A stretch of 64,000 bases of DNA. Source: Syntrophales bacterium. Lineage in GTDB: Bacteria > Desulfobacterota > Syntrophia > Syntrophales > UBA2210. Both the position numbers and the translations under genes were made by a program. The notes under the pieces are model-generated. The model saw nothing but the letters and a program-made list of their open reading frames with translations, was not told where the DNA came from and did not search any database. Below, in pieces: positions 1 through 10,060 of the stretch (position 1 is the first letter of the stretch; every line of letters begins with the position of its first letter). The stretch is from contig CAXXKT010000001.1 in the NCBI GenBank assembly GCA_963662405.2, positions 1,760,001 through 1,824,000 of the forward strand. The letters are read 5' to 3'.

Positions 1-1
1 C

Positions 2-553
2 GGGATCGAGCTCTTATTTGATCTCGGGAGCGCGAAGTTCAACTTCATCGCGGCCGCCTATATATCGTCCGCCTTTGTGCTCCTTTTCCTCCTGATTTCC
101 AATAAGATCCTCAAGTCACGGTACGGCCTGATTATGGCGGCGATCAATGACGATGAAGAGGTGGCTCACGGCATCGGAGTCAATATTAATCTGGTCAAAA
201 TCCTTACCTTTATTGGTGCCTCCGCGATGATCGGTGTGATGGGGTGGTTTATGGCCCATTACTTCGGGACCTTCTCGGGTATTACCTACCTGCCCATGAC
301 CTACATGCTCAAGATCCTCCTGGTCTTCATGGTGGGTGGTCGTGCACAGGTCTTCGGGTGTGTCGCCGGCGGCTATTTCGTCGCCTTCCTCGAGGAATTT
401 CTGATCCGGGTCATGGGGGACTTCCAACCCGTTGCCTTCCCGATTATACTCTTGATTCTCCTTTTCGTGCTTCCGCGTGGAGAGGGGCTGTTCGGTCTTT
501 ACCGTAGGCGGCACTACCGGGAATACATGCCGCAAATTCACGTGCGGAGGTAA
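2..553 (+). CDS. Branched-chain amino acid ABC transporter permease (LivM-like), 5'-truncated by window edge
   Basis: Frame is open from position 2. Hydrophobic protein with SRYGLIMAAINDDEEVAHGIGVN motif; followed by two Liv-type ATPases. Confidence 0.85.
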   Translation, partial: GIELLFDLGSAKFNFIAAAYISSAFVLLFLLISNKILKSRYGLIMAAINDDEEVAHGIGVNINLVKILTFIGASAMIGVMGWFMAHYFGTFSGITYLPMTYMLKILLVFMVGGRAQVFGCVAGGYFVAFLEEFLIRVMGDFQPVAFPIILLILLFVLPRGEGLFGLYRRRHYREYMPQIHVRR

Positions 554-559
554 AAAACG

Positions 560-1306
560 ATGTCGGATATTCTCACATGCACCAATATCACCAAGCGGTT
601 CGGCGGCCTTGTCGCAATCGATGACGTAGGCTTCAGCATAAAAAAGGGAGAGACGCTGGGATTTATCGGGCCCAACGGCGCGGGGAAATCCACGATGGTC
701 AATGTCATGGGCGGGTATCTGAAGGCGGATGCCGGCAAGATTGTCCTTGACGAGGTGGATATTACCAAAATGCCCCCTCACAAGAGGGTGCATCAGGGGC
801 TTGCACGGACCTATCAGATTCCCCGGCCCTTTCCTGAACTGACGGCACTGATGAGCGTGGAGGTGGCGAGCCTCTGCGGAAAAAGGCGGAAGAATCAGAG
901 CTTGGAGGATGGAGCCGGTGATGCTACCCACTATCTTGAATTCGTCGGCCTTTTCAGCAAGAGGAACATCTTGGCTCGTGATCTGACATTCTACGAGCTT
1001 CGGATGCTGGAGCTGGCCCGTGCACTTGCCACAACCCCGAAGGTTCTCTTTATCGATGAGGTTATGGCGGGGCTCAACCCCGGTGAGGCAAGCGCCGCAG
1101 TCAAGATGGTTCTCAAGGCAAAGGAGCAGTTCGCACTGTCGATCTTCTGGATCGAGCACGTCATGGCGGTTCTTGTGGAAGCGGCGGATCGGATCGTGGC
1201 TATTGAGTATGGTCAGAAGATTGCCGAAGGGACTCCTGATGAGGTTGTGAATAACGACAGGGTAATTGAAGCTTACCTGGGTAAGGGGTGGAAGAACTAT
1301 GCTTGA
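560..1306 (+). CDS. livG: ABC transporter ATP-binding protein (LivG-like)
   Basis: KRFGGLVA, Walker A GPNGAGKST, GLARTYQ, DEVMAGLN, C-terminal VIEAYLG. Confidence 0.9.
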   Translation: MSDILTCTNITKRFGGLVAIDDVGFSIKKGETLGFIGPNGAGKSTMVNVMGGYLKADAGKIVLDEVDITKMPPHKRVHQGLARTYQIPRPFPELTALMSVEVASLCGKRRKNQSLEDGAGDATHYLEFVGLFSKRNILARDLTFYELRMLELARALATTPKVLFIDEVMAGLNPGEASAAVKMVLKAKEQFALSIFWIEHVMAVLVEAADRIVAIEYGQKIAEGTPDEVVNNDRVIEAYLGKGWKNYA

Positions 1307-2003
1307 GGTAAAAAATTTATGCGCATCCTACGGGAACCTTCCCGTGCTACACGACGTTAGCTTTAACATTCGGCCTGACGAGATTGTCACCCTGCTGGGA
1401 TCGAACGGGGCGGGTAAAAGTACGATCCTGAATGCCGTTCAGGGAGTTATGAAACCGACTTCGGGGACGGTCATATTCCAGGGAAACGATATTACCGGTC
1501 TCCCTCCCCACGATATCGTCGAAAAAGGGGTTATCCATATTGCGGAGGGACATCGGGTTTTCCCCTACTTAACGGTGAAGGAAAATCTTCTCATTGGGGC
1601 CTATCCGGGAGATGCCTGGAAGGACAGGCTGCATGCCATGGAGTGGGTTGCGGAACTCTTCCCAATCCTGAAGTCTCGTGCCAATCAGGAGGCTCGTCTC
1701 CTCAGCGGCGGTGAGCAGCAGATGCTGAACATCGGCAGGGGGCTTATGTCCCATCCAAAGTTCATCATGGTCGATGAACCGTCGGTCGGTCTTGCCCCGG
1801 TCATTGTTGATGGGGTCTTTGAGGCCTTGGGTAAGCTTCGTGAGCAGGGGATTACCATTCTTCTCCCCGAGCAGAACGCTCTCCGGGCACTTCAGCTGGC
1901 CGACAGGGGATACGTGATCCAGGACGGGAAGGTCGTCATGGAGGGACCATCCGCGGATCTTATGAAGAGTGATCTCGTGAAAAAGGCATATTTGGGGAGA
2001 TAA
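1299..2003 (+). CDS. livF: ABC transporter ATP-binding protein (LivF-like)
   Basis: ATG at 1299 overlaps upstream gene; GSNGAGKST, LSGGEQQM, DEPSVGLAP, VKKAYLG. Confidence 0.9.
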   Translation: MLEVKNLCASYGNLPVLHDVSFNIRPDEIVTLLGSNGAGKSTILNAVQGVMKPTSGTVIFQGNDITGLPPHDIVEKGVIHIAEGHRVFPYLTVKENLLIGAYPGDAWKDRLHAMEWVAELFPILKSRANQEARLLSGGEQQMLNIGRGLMSHPKFIMVDEPSVGLAPVIVDGVFEALGKLREQGITILLPEQNALRALQLADRGYVIQDGKVVMEGPSADLMKSDLVKKAYLGR

Positions 2004-2006
2004 ATT

Positions 2007-3362
2007 ATGGAAGATTATTTTTCGTATACTGATAAGTTGTTCAATCCGGCAGGCGTCAAGGACAAGCCGGAGGTGTTGAAAGGTCTCAAAGTATTGGACT
2101 TTACCCATGTTATTTATGGGCCCACCGCATCGAGGATCTTAGGTACCTATGGTGCCGAGGTCATAAAGCTGGAGCTTCCCTTCTATGGCGATCTCTGGCG
2201 GCCCGCCACCTACTGGGGTAAGTACTGGAAACACTCGAATCCGATCTGGCACTTTGTGACACAGAATAAATATTTCGTATCCCTCGATCTCAAACGTCCC
2301 GAGGCGAAGGAACTGGTGTATCGGTTGGCGAAAGAGGCCGACATTGTCCTCGAAAATTTTGCTCCGGGAACCGCTGAAGCGTGGAAGGTCGGTTATACGA
2401 GTATCAAAGAGGTCAACCCCAAGATTATCTACCTGAGCTGTTCGACCTACGGTCAATATGGTCCTATGCGGTCCTTTCCCGGATGGGATCTCCTTGCGCA
2501 GGCGGCCAGTGGGATCCTGACGTTGAACGGGTACCCCGACACGGATCGATACTACAAGCTTCCCGATTATCTCGGAGACTTTGTCCCCGGAAATTTTGGT
2601 GCCATGGTTCTGCTGATGGCCCTCTATCACCGCAACAAGACGGGGAAGGGCCAGTATATCGATCTCTCCCAGACCGATACGATGATGCGTTGTATGCCCA
2701 ATTTCACGTACAAGAGCGTGACAGGTGAACCCTTAGGAAGGGTGGGGCACACGGACCCCTCCATGGTTGCGGCATCCATATTCAAGACCCGGGACGGGAA
2801 ATTCCTGGGGTTGGCCTGTGCGACCGAAAAGCAATTTGAAGGGCTATGCAACGCCATGGGAAAGGAAGATCTCCTCAAGGACAAGCGGTTCAATACGTAT
2901 CTCGAGGCCCTGAAGGAGGAGAATGCTGAAGCGCTTCGTACCATTGCCGGTGACTGGATCCAGACGAAGGATTGCGATGAGATCGTCAAGCTGGCGAATG
3001 AAAAGTGTTTTGCCGCCGCCGAGGTGCAGGATGATGTGATGATATGTACTGATGAATGGCGGCGTGAGCGCGGAAGTGTCCTCTTGTTCAACGACGAGAT
3101 GTACGGTGAGATTGCCTTGGCCGGACCATCGGCACAGTTGAGCAAGACCCCGGGGAGACCGAAGTGGACGGCTCGGCCCCTCGGATATCACAACCGGCTC
3201 GTTCTGATGAAGTTTCTCGGCCTGAAGGAGGCGGACCTGGTAAATCTTGAAAAGAAAAAGGTGATAGGGACGTTTGATGACCTGCCGGGTCTCAAGGCAC
3301 CGCTCTATTACGATCTTGATAAGGATCCCATCTATAATTATGGCAGAGAGGTCAAGCGATGA
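2007..3362 (+). CDS. Family III CoA-transferase (CaiB/BaiF)
   Basis: LKGLKVLDFT, GAEVIKLE, ENFAPG, YGQYGP and GWDLLAQA (catalytic Asp position). Confidence 0.92.
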   Translation: MEDYFSYTDKLFNPAGVKDKPEVLKGLKVLDFTHVIYGPTASRILGTYGAEVIKLELPFYGDLWRPATYWGKYWKHSNPIWHFVTQNKYFVSLDLKRPEAKELVYRLAKEADIVLENFAPGTAEAWKVGYTSIKEVNPKIIYLSCSTYGQYGPMRSFPGWDLLAQAASGILTLNGYPDTDRYYKLPDYLGDFVPGNFGAMVLLMALYHRNKTGKGQYIDLSQTDTMMRCMPNFTYKSVTGEPLGRVGHTDPSMVAASIFKTRDGKFLGLACATEKQFEGLCNAMGKEDLLKDKRFNTYLEALKEENAEALRTIAGDWIQTKDCDEIVKLANEKCFAAAEVQDDVMICTDEWRRERGSVLLFNDEMYGEIALAGPSAQLSKTPGRPKWTARPLGYHNRLVLMKFLGLKEADLVNLEKKKVIGTFDDLPGLKAPLYYDLDKDPIYNYGREVKR

Positions 3363-4699
3363 GTCTATTCCAAAAGAAGAACAAAGAAAAAGTCTATACG
3401 CGATACTCAAGCAGCGGTGCGAATGCCTCGGTGTGGAAGGAGACGGTTGAAAAACTCCAGACGCCCGAAGGTCGTCCTGAAGTTCTTGATGATGTCGTGG
3501 TACTGGATGCCAGTAAGGCAAATTTTTCCGGGATCGTTGCTGCGAGTCTTTTTGCCGAATTCGGAGCCGAGGTCATCAAGATCGAACCCGCCGAAGGTGA
3601 TCCCTGTCGCAAGATGACTCCCTACGGGAAAAACATTAAGGGGGTCGGCATCCCTTTTATGATGGAAGGGAGAAACAAACGGTACTTGACCCTTGATCTC
3701 GAGGATAACCCGGATGATCGGGAGACGTTTGCCGCCCTGGCGCAGAAGGCGACTGTGGTGATCGAGTCTTTTCCTGCGGGGAGAATGGATTCCTGGGGGA
3801 TCGGATATCGGCAGCTGTCCGAGAAGAATCCAGGCCTGATCTATATCGCCATTACGCCGTATGGCCAGCATACCAAAAAGGCCCGCGAGTTTGTCAATTT
3901 CCCCGACACGGACATCACGACCCAGACCGGTTCCGGTCTGTCGGCCCAGATCGGTGACTTTGCGACCGAGCCGGAACCGTATAACTGGCCTTTTAAGGCG
4001 GGTATCTGGATGGGGTGGTATGTCACGGGGATCAGCGCGGCCCTGGGCGGCATGATGGCGCTCATGTACCGTCAAGCCACCGGTGAGGGGCAGATGGTTG
4101 ACATCGCCGGCATGGATTCATACTCGTCGATGGTCGGTTTCCCCGCCACGATCGGATATACCTGGGATAAGTCGCGACCGCGGATCGGTGTTCTCGATTT
4201 CATCCTGTATCCGTATAGCCATTGGAGATGTAAGGATGGCTTGGTGGCGGTTGCGGCTTCACGGAATCAGGATTTCAGGGCCCTTTTGAAGATCCTGGGG
4301 AGGTGGGAGCTGGAAGATGATTTCAAGTTTTCACCTGACCGTATTCCCGATATCCTCGAGCAGGCGATGGAGCTGCACCGGGAGATCGGCAAAGAAACGA
4401 TAAAGTATACCGGCGATGAGCTTACCGCCAAGGCGCTGGGTTATGCGCTGAAGGCGGCTCGTTCGAAATGGCGGGGAGGCGGGGTTCCCATTGTTATGAG
4501 GATCATGACGCCCGAGGATACGGTAAACAATAAGCAGTGGGAGGTTCGAAAGTCCTTTAAGGAGGTTGAGGATGAAACGCTCGGTAAATTCATCGTCACG
4601 TCCGGGTTTGCCAAGATGACCGAATCGCCTCCGCAGATCAAATGGATGTCCTGTGATATCGGAAAGGATAATGAATACGTCAAGAAAAAGTATCTGTAA
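3359..4699 (+). CDS. Family III CoA-transferase, probable second subunit
   Basis: ATGA overlap with previous gene; GAEVIKIEPAEGDP, RNKR, GEGQMVDI motifs. Confidence 0.88.
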   Translation: MSLFQKKNKEKVYTRYSSSGANASVWKETVEKLQTPEGRPEVLDDVVVLDASKANFSGIVAASLFAEFGAEVIKIEPAEGDPCRKMTPYGKNIKGVGIPFMMEGRNKRYLTLDLEDNPDDRETFAALAQKATVVIESFPAGRMDSWGIGYRQLSEKNPGLIYIAITPYGQHTKKAREFVNFPDTDITTQTGSGLSAQIGDFATEPEPYNWPFKAGIWMGWYVTGISAALGGMMALMYRQATGEGQMVDIAGMDSYSSMVGFPATIGYTWDKSRPRIGVLDFILYPYSHWRCKDGLVAVAASRNQDFRALLKILGRWELEDDFKFSPDRIPDILEQAMELHREIGKETIKYTGDELTAKALGYALKAARSKWRGGGVPIVMRIMTPEDTVNNKQWEVRKSFKEVEDETLGKFIVTSGFAKMTESPPQIKWMSCDIGKDNEYVKKKYL

Positions 4700-5098
4700 G
4701 GCAGACAGGACGGGTTGTTGTTCGTTCATTAGAACTCGGGAATAAAGAACATACTCTTTACTACTGAGAGTTAGTGAAAGCAATAGCCCCCCATCGTTCG
4801 TGAAGTTGATATCTCGCTATCCGGGGGGGAAGCACGTGGTATCAGTTTTATCCTGTAGTGCGGCGGTTCGGGCCGCGGTGGGAAGACTTTCGGCGGGAGG
4901 CGTCAAGAGACGTCTTCCGCACAGTTGCAGTTGTTCCACCGGAATACTCCTTATCAGAAAGATGATGGTACCGTTGTCGGCTGTGTATGTCCGATAGGGG
5001 ATGTGGCCCACAGTTTCTGCGGGGGTGTGCGGACGAATAATCAAGAGAGGATACATGCAACATTCGTTGCAGCAACAATACCAAAGGAGGGAAAGGTA

Positions 5099-6463
5099 AT
5101 GGTAAGAAGATCCAGATTCAGTTTGGTCGTTCTCGTGGTGCTTGCCCTGACATTCTGCTTCGCATCCAACGGAATGAGTGCCGCCCCGTCGGGAGAACCC
5201 ATTGTGGTCGGGTATATCGGGATGGTGCTTTCACCGGGGACGAGACCCTGCATGGCGATCCAGAAGATAGCGGTACAGGAAATCAACGAGGCGGGGGGTG
5301 TCCTCGGCCGTCCGCTTAAGTACGTGATTGCCGATAACAAGGGGGCCACATCACTAACGGTTGAGGGTGCACGGCGGCTGTTGATGGAGGACAAGGCGAA
5401 GTTTATCTTTGTTGAAGGGCGGACGGAGATTTGTCTGGCCGCGCAGGAAAACGCGGCGGCCATGGTAAAGGATTACCCCCATATCATGATATTCAACGGT
5501 CCCATGGGGATGGAACTGACCGACCGCGTCCTTGATGATTATGAGACCTACAAGTTCTGCTTCCGTGATTGGGACCCGGAGCCCTCTCAGTATGCCATGA
5601 TGCGGTATTTCTGGCGGGATACGTGGCAGGAGCGGTTCCCCGGAGGGATCCAGAAGATGGCGCTCCTCTGGGAAGATCTCGAGTGGACCAAGTCGTACCG
5701 CGAAGGTATTCCTTCACTTGATTTTCCCTCCTGGGAAGAGATGCTTAAAGATGATTTCGGGATCGAGGTTGTCTACAGCAAAAACGTGAAGCCACGGGGG
5801 ACAATGTACCTTCCGCTTCTCCAGCAGATTGCCGGGACGGGCGCACAGAACATCTTGTACGTGAGTTCCTGGTTCACCGACACGGAATCTTTTGCCAAAC
5901 AGTGGGCTGATTCGGCGGCGCGGAATGTCCCCGTCGATCTCTATGGTGGTGTTGCACAGACCTCTGATTTCTGGAAGCTGACCGGTGGGAAGGCCTTGGG
6001 TATTGTCAGTTCTTTTACCGATTGTATGATCCCCCTGACGCAAAAGACTATCCCCTTTATCGAGATGGCCAGAAAGCATAAGATCCCGACCCAGATCCAC
6101 GTTCACCTCGCCTACGCGGACATCTACTTCGTCAAAAAGGTGATCGAGACTGCGGGGGGTGTGGACGATATCGATAAACTGATCAAGGCGATGGAGACGG
6201 TGGAGACCTCGTATTCGCTCGGCAAGATGGCCTACGAAATGCAGAAGGCCAAACCCTACTTCCATTCCAAGATCAGGGTCGATCTCACCAATCCGATCGA
6301 CAAGCAGCTCCCGGGTGTCTATCTGCAGCCGATCGCTCAGTTCCAGAACGATGGAAAGATATCGTATCTGGGAGCATCTGCCAAGGAAAATGAGCCTGCA
6401 TTCGAGGGGTATGGCAAACCGTCGAACTATGTCATGCCGGCCGAGTTGAGAAAAAGAAAGTAG
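5099..6463 (+). CDS. ABC transporter substrate-binding protein (LivJ/K-like), copy 1
   Basis: AAGGAGG RBS before ATG 5099; signal peptide; EINEAGGVLGRPLKYVIADN motif. Confidence 0.9.
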   Translation: MVRRSRFSLVVLVVLALTFCFASNGMSAAPSGEPIVVGYIGMVLSPGTRPCMAIQKIAVQEINEAGGVLGRPLKYVIADNKGATSLTVEGARRLLMEDKAKFIFVEGRTEICLAAQENAAAMVKDYPHIMIFNGPMGMELTDRVLDDYETYKFCFRDWDPEPSQYAMMRYFWRDTWQERFPGGIQKMALLWEDLEWTKSYREGIPSLDFPSWEEMLKDDFGIEVVYSKNVKPRGTMYLPLLQQIAGTGAQNILYVSSWFTDTESFAKQWADSAARNVPVDLYGGVAQTSDFWKLTGGKALGIVSSFTDCMIPLTQKTIPFIEMARKHKIPTQIHVHLAYADIYFVKKVIETAGGVDDIDKLIKAMETVETSYSLGKMAYEMQKAKPYFHSKIRVDLTNPIDKQLPGVYLQPIAQFQNDGKISYLGASAKENEPAFEGYGKPSNYVMPAELRKRK

Positions 6464-6494
6464 TCATTCTCCGGTATAAAGAGGGTTGACCGAT

Positions 6495-6533
6495 AACGGG
6501 CCCCGCTGCGATGCAGCGGGGCCCGTTTTCATT
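6495..6533 (+). terminator. Rho-independent terminator
   Basis: 15-bp perfect stem AACGGGCCCCGCTGC/GCAGCGGGGCCCGTT, 3-nt loop, followed by T-rich tail. Confidence 0.85.
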
Positions 6534-7075
6534 TCGGGAATGCAACAGACAGGATATGGAACGCAGCTATTGATATGGGTAACCGGGCCGATCGGGTGGA
6601 TTGCCGACAGTGTCTTGTGCGTCACAACCGGGAATATTTCAACGGCGGGATTGTATTTTTTCTTGACAGGGGAATGCTGGACATGCTAGCAAGGATACAA
6701 GTAAAATTGGGGAATTTCTCCTTTTGTAACCCCGTTTTGTTGTCCTGAGTCCGTCCAGTAGTTCACGGGTAATTTGGGATTGGCGATATTGTTACTGTCC
6801 GGGGGGCTGTGATATTCGTTTTATCCTTCGATACCACAGAATCTGCAGTACCAGAAGGGGAAGCACGAGGTGCGATGTCGGTCCTTGGGTGTTGTCTTTC
6901 GGAACAATGCGCCGATACTTCTCCTTCTGTCCCTTTCGTGCTGATGGCGTACCGGTTTTTGGGGGTTAGGTATGTTCGTGATTGGGAACGGGTACCTTAA
7001 GACCTGCGGTGCTTGCGGTGTGTGGGTACGTGTGACAAATCAATGGGTAGCATGCAACGAAAAAAGGAGGAGAGG

Positions 7076-8449
7076 ATGATGGTAAAGAGATTGAGATTTG
7101 GCTTATTTGTCGTCGCTATACTTTCACTGACGCTCTGTTTTCCATCCACCGGGATGAGCGCCGCTCCATCGGGGGAGCCAATCGTGATCGGATACGTGGG
7201 GATGGTGCTTTCACCGGGGACGAGGCCCTGCCTCGCTATCCAGAAGATCGCGTGCCAGGAGATCAATGAGGCGGGCGGCGTTCTCGGTCGGCCGCTGAAG
7301 TATGTGATCGCCGATAACAAGGGTGCCACGTCCCTGAGCGTTGAGGGTGCCCGTCGTCTGCTGATGGAGGACAAGGCGAAGTTCATCTTTGTTGAAGGGC
7401 GGACGGAGATCTGTCTGGCCGCTCAGGAGAACGCGGCATCGATGTTCAAGGACTACCCGCACATCATGATCTTCAACGGTCCCATGGGGTCCGAGCTGAC
7501 GGCGCGGGTGCTCGATGAGTACGAGAAGTACAAGTTCTGCTTCCGTGACTGGGATCCGGAGCCCGCCCACTACCCCCAGATGCGCTATTTCTGGGGGAAG
7601 ACGTGGCCGGTCATGTTCCCGAAGACAAAAGGGAGAAGGGTTCAAGCGGCTTGGCTCTGGGAGGATCTCGAGTGGACCAAGCAGTGGCGTGATGGGATCG
7701 ATTATATGAACATGCCCCCCTGGGAAGAGATGATGAAGAAGGAGTTTAATATCGACCTAGTCTACGTCAAAGCGGTCAAACCGCGCGGGACGATGTACCT
7801 GCCCCTCTTCCAGCAGATGGCCGGAGCAAAGGCCGATGTGATCCAGTACATCAGTTCCTGGTTCACCGACACGGAGTCATTCGTCAAACAGTGGGCCGAT
7901 TCGGCGGCGCGTGATATCCCCGTCCTGCTGTACGGTGGCGTCGCGCAGACCTCCGATTTCTGGCAGTTGACCGGCGGGAAGGCTGCCGGGGTTGTTTCCT
8001 CCTATACGGAATGCAACCTTCCGCTGACGGAGAAGACCGTTCCCTTCGTGGAGATGGCCGTCAAGCACAGGATCCCGACTCAGATCCATGTTCACCTCGC
8101 CTATGCGGATATCTACTTCGTCAAGGAAGTGATCGAAAAGGCGGGGGGGGTGGATGATATCGATAAGCTGATCAAGGCGATGGAGACGACCCAGACCACT
8201 TACTCGCTCGGGAAGATGGCCTACGAGATGCAGAAGATCAAGCCTTATTTCCACTCCAAGATCAGGGTCGATCTGTCCGATCCTCTGAATAAGCAGATAC
8301 CCGGAGCCTTTATCCAGCCAATGGCCCAGTTCGGGAAAGGCGGAGAGATTCGGTACATAGGGGCCTCCTGTATGGAGAATGAACCGATATTCGAGCGAGT
8401 CGGCGCCGGTACGGCGGCAGACTACAAGTATCCGGAAGAGCTGAGGTAG
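7076..8449 (+). CDS. ABC transporter substrate-binding protein, copy 2 (paralog of 5099..6463)
   Basis: AAGGAGG RBS; signal peptide; long stretches identical to copy 1 at the protein level. Confidence 0.9.
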   Translation: MMVKRLRFGLFVVAILSLTLCFPSTGMSAAPSGEPIVIGYVGMVLSPGTRPCLAIQKIACQEINEAGGVLGRPLKYVIADNKGATSLSVEGARRLLMEDKAKFIFVEGRTEICLAAQENAASMFKDYPHIMIFNGPMGSELTARVLDEYEKYKFCFRDWDPEPAHYPQMRYFWGKTWPVMFPKTKGRRVQAAWLWEDLEWTKQWRDGIDYMNMPPWEEMMKKEFNIDLVYVKAVKPRGTMYLPLFQQMAGAKADVIQYISSWFTDTESFVKQWADSAARDIPVLLYGGVAQTSDFWQLTGGKAAGVVSSYTECNLPLTEKTVPFVEMAVKHRIPTQIHVHLAYADIYFVKEVIEKAGGVDDIDKLIKAMETTQTTYSLGKMAYEMQKIKPYFHSKIRVDLSDPLNKQIPGAFIQPMAQFGKGGEIRYIGASCMENEPIFERVGAGTAADYKYPEELR

Positions 8450-8489
8450 AAGGAGGAATACCAGCAAAGACATGCTGATTTGATGAAGG

Positions 8490-8530
8490 CGAGTCCCGCT
8501 TGAGTTGATAACAGCGGGGCTCGTTTTTTT
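8490..8530 (+). terminator. Rho-independent terminator
   Basis: CGAGTCCCGCT...AGCGGGGCTCG stem followed by T7. Confidence 0.75.
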
Positions 8531-8681
8531 ATACCATCGAAGAGGGCGCAACCGGCGGGATGGCAATCGAAGATTCTCTGTGTATAAAGCTGATCGTACA
8601 TAAAGAAAGGTTCGGACGACCGCTCAAACATATGATTGCAAATCACAAGGGTATCACGTCGTTGGGCGTGGAGGGCACATA

Positions 8682-9661
8682 GTGTCTCTGCTCAATGATT
8701 GTGACCACATCATGGCCTTCAATGGCACCATGGGATGGGGGTTGACGGGCCTGGTCCTGAACGAGTGCGAAAAATACATGTTTCGCTTTCGTGACTGGGG
8801 GTCTGGAGTTCGGCCATTATGGCCGGCACGTTCTTTCAACGGTCTCAAAAAGATGTCCATCCTCTGGGAGGATCTTGAATGGATCAAACCCGGGTGGGAG
8901 GGAATCGCTGGTCTGGGCTTGTTCCCTAGGGAGGAAGTGCTCGCAAACGGCTGGGGTGTCAAAGTAACATGCAATAAAGCTGAGAAGCCCTGTGGGGCGA
9001 TGTGCCTGTTGCCTCTCCGGCCGATTATCGGGGCCGGTGCTGAGTTCGCCATTGGTGTCGGCTCGTGGTTCATCAATGCTGAGTCCTTTGTCAAGCAGTG
9101 AACGGATTCGGCCCTGCGGAATATTTCCCTTGACCTCTACGACGGTCTTTTGCAGGCCTCCGTGTTCTGGAAACTGATTGGCAAAACGTGTCTGGTTGTA
9201 ACGGGTTTCTTCATCGAAAGCCGGATTCCCCTGACGGAGAAGACCATTCCCTTCGTGGAGATGGCCACGAAACACAAGATCCCGACCCGGATCCACGTTC
9301 ACCTCGCTTACTCGGATATCTATTTCATCAAGAAGGTGATCGAAAAGGCTGGTGGTGTCGGTGACCTCGAAAAGCTGATCAAGGCGATGGAGACGACGGA
9401 GACCACTTACTCGCTCGGAAAGATGGCTTACGAGAACACGAAGATCAAGCCCTACTTCCACTCCAAGGTAAGGGTTGATCCGAGTAATTCTCAGCACAAG
9501 ACTTATCCCGGTGTCTTTGTCCAGCCGATCGCCCAGTACCAAAACGGCGGGAAGGTGTTATATCTGGGGGGTGTGTAGAAAATGAATCGGTATTCAAGGA
9601 TCTCGGTTTTTCGAACAGCGACTCTGTCGTTCCTGCAGAGCTGAGGAAACGTGAGGAATAA
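8682..9661 (+). pseudogene. Decayed third copy of the substrate-binding protein
   Basis: Collinear with copies 1 and 2 (HIMAFNGTMG, LWEDLEW, SWF..AESFVKQ, IHVHLAYSDIYF, PYFHSK). Lacks the N-terminus, has TGA at 9099-9101 in place of a Trp codon, and has frameshifts. Confidence 0.88.
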
Positions 9662-9689
9662 GGATTATCTTGTGCCCGAAACGGTATTC

Positions 9690-9735
9690 GCTGAAACGGG
9701 CCCCCTGTACTACAGACGGCGGTGCCCGTTTCAGC
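9690..9735 (+). terminator. Hairpin after SBP pseudogene, related to the 6495 terminator
   Basis: GCTGAAACGGGC...GCCCGTTTCAGC inverted repeat; shares AACGGGCCCC and GCCCGTTT with the first terminator. Confidence 0.55.
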
Positions 9736-9878
9736 ATGGGACGGACCGCCTTCAGGTGTGCGGTACAAGGACTGACACCGATGGTCCGCCATACCGCGAT
9801 ATGTGCTGTGGGATGTGGTCGGACAGAGGTACCGTTTCGTAATACCGATGCCCGATATATGACGGCAGGATAGGAGAG

Positions 9879-10060
9879 ATGAGAAGAAGACGCGAATTCG
9901 GGCTTTTAACGGGAGCACGCGACGACAGGGTAATACCTTGATGATTATTCGATCAATGTTTGAAGGGGCCCGGTCGCAGGGTGCCGAAACGACAGCGGTA
10001 CGGCTCACGACATAGACATGAAGGGATGCATGGAGTGCCTCAGCTGTCGCGAAACCCCCG
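9879..10060 (+). pseudogene. Fragment of iron-sulfur flavoprotein / flavodoxin-family (NADPH-dependent FMN reductase-like) gene
   Basis: Manual translation gives IRAFNGSTRRQGNTLMIIRSMFEGARSQGAETTAVRL, then after a frameshift DIDMKGCMECLSCRE. Not in the ORF track. Confidence 0.75.

Noticed and set aside
9099..9101. Selenocysteine TGA
   Set aside because: It aligns to a Trp codon in the paralogs and is accompanied by frameshifts.
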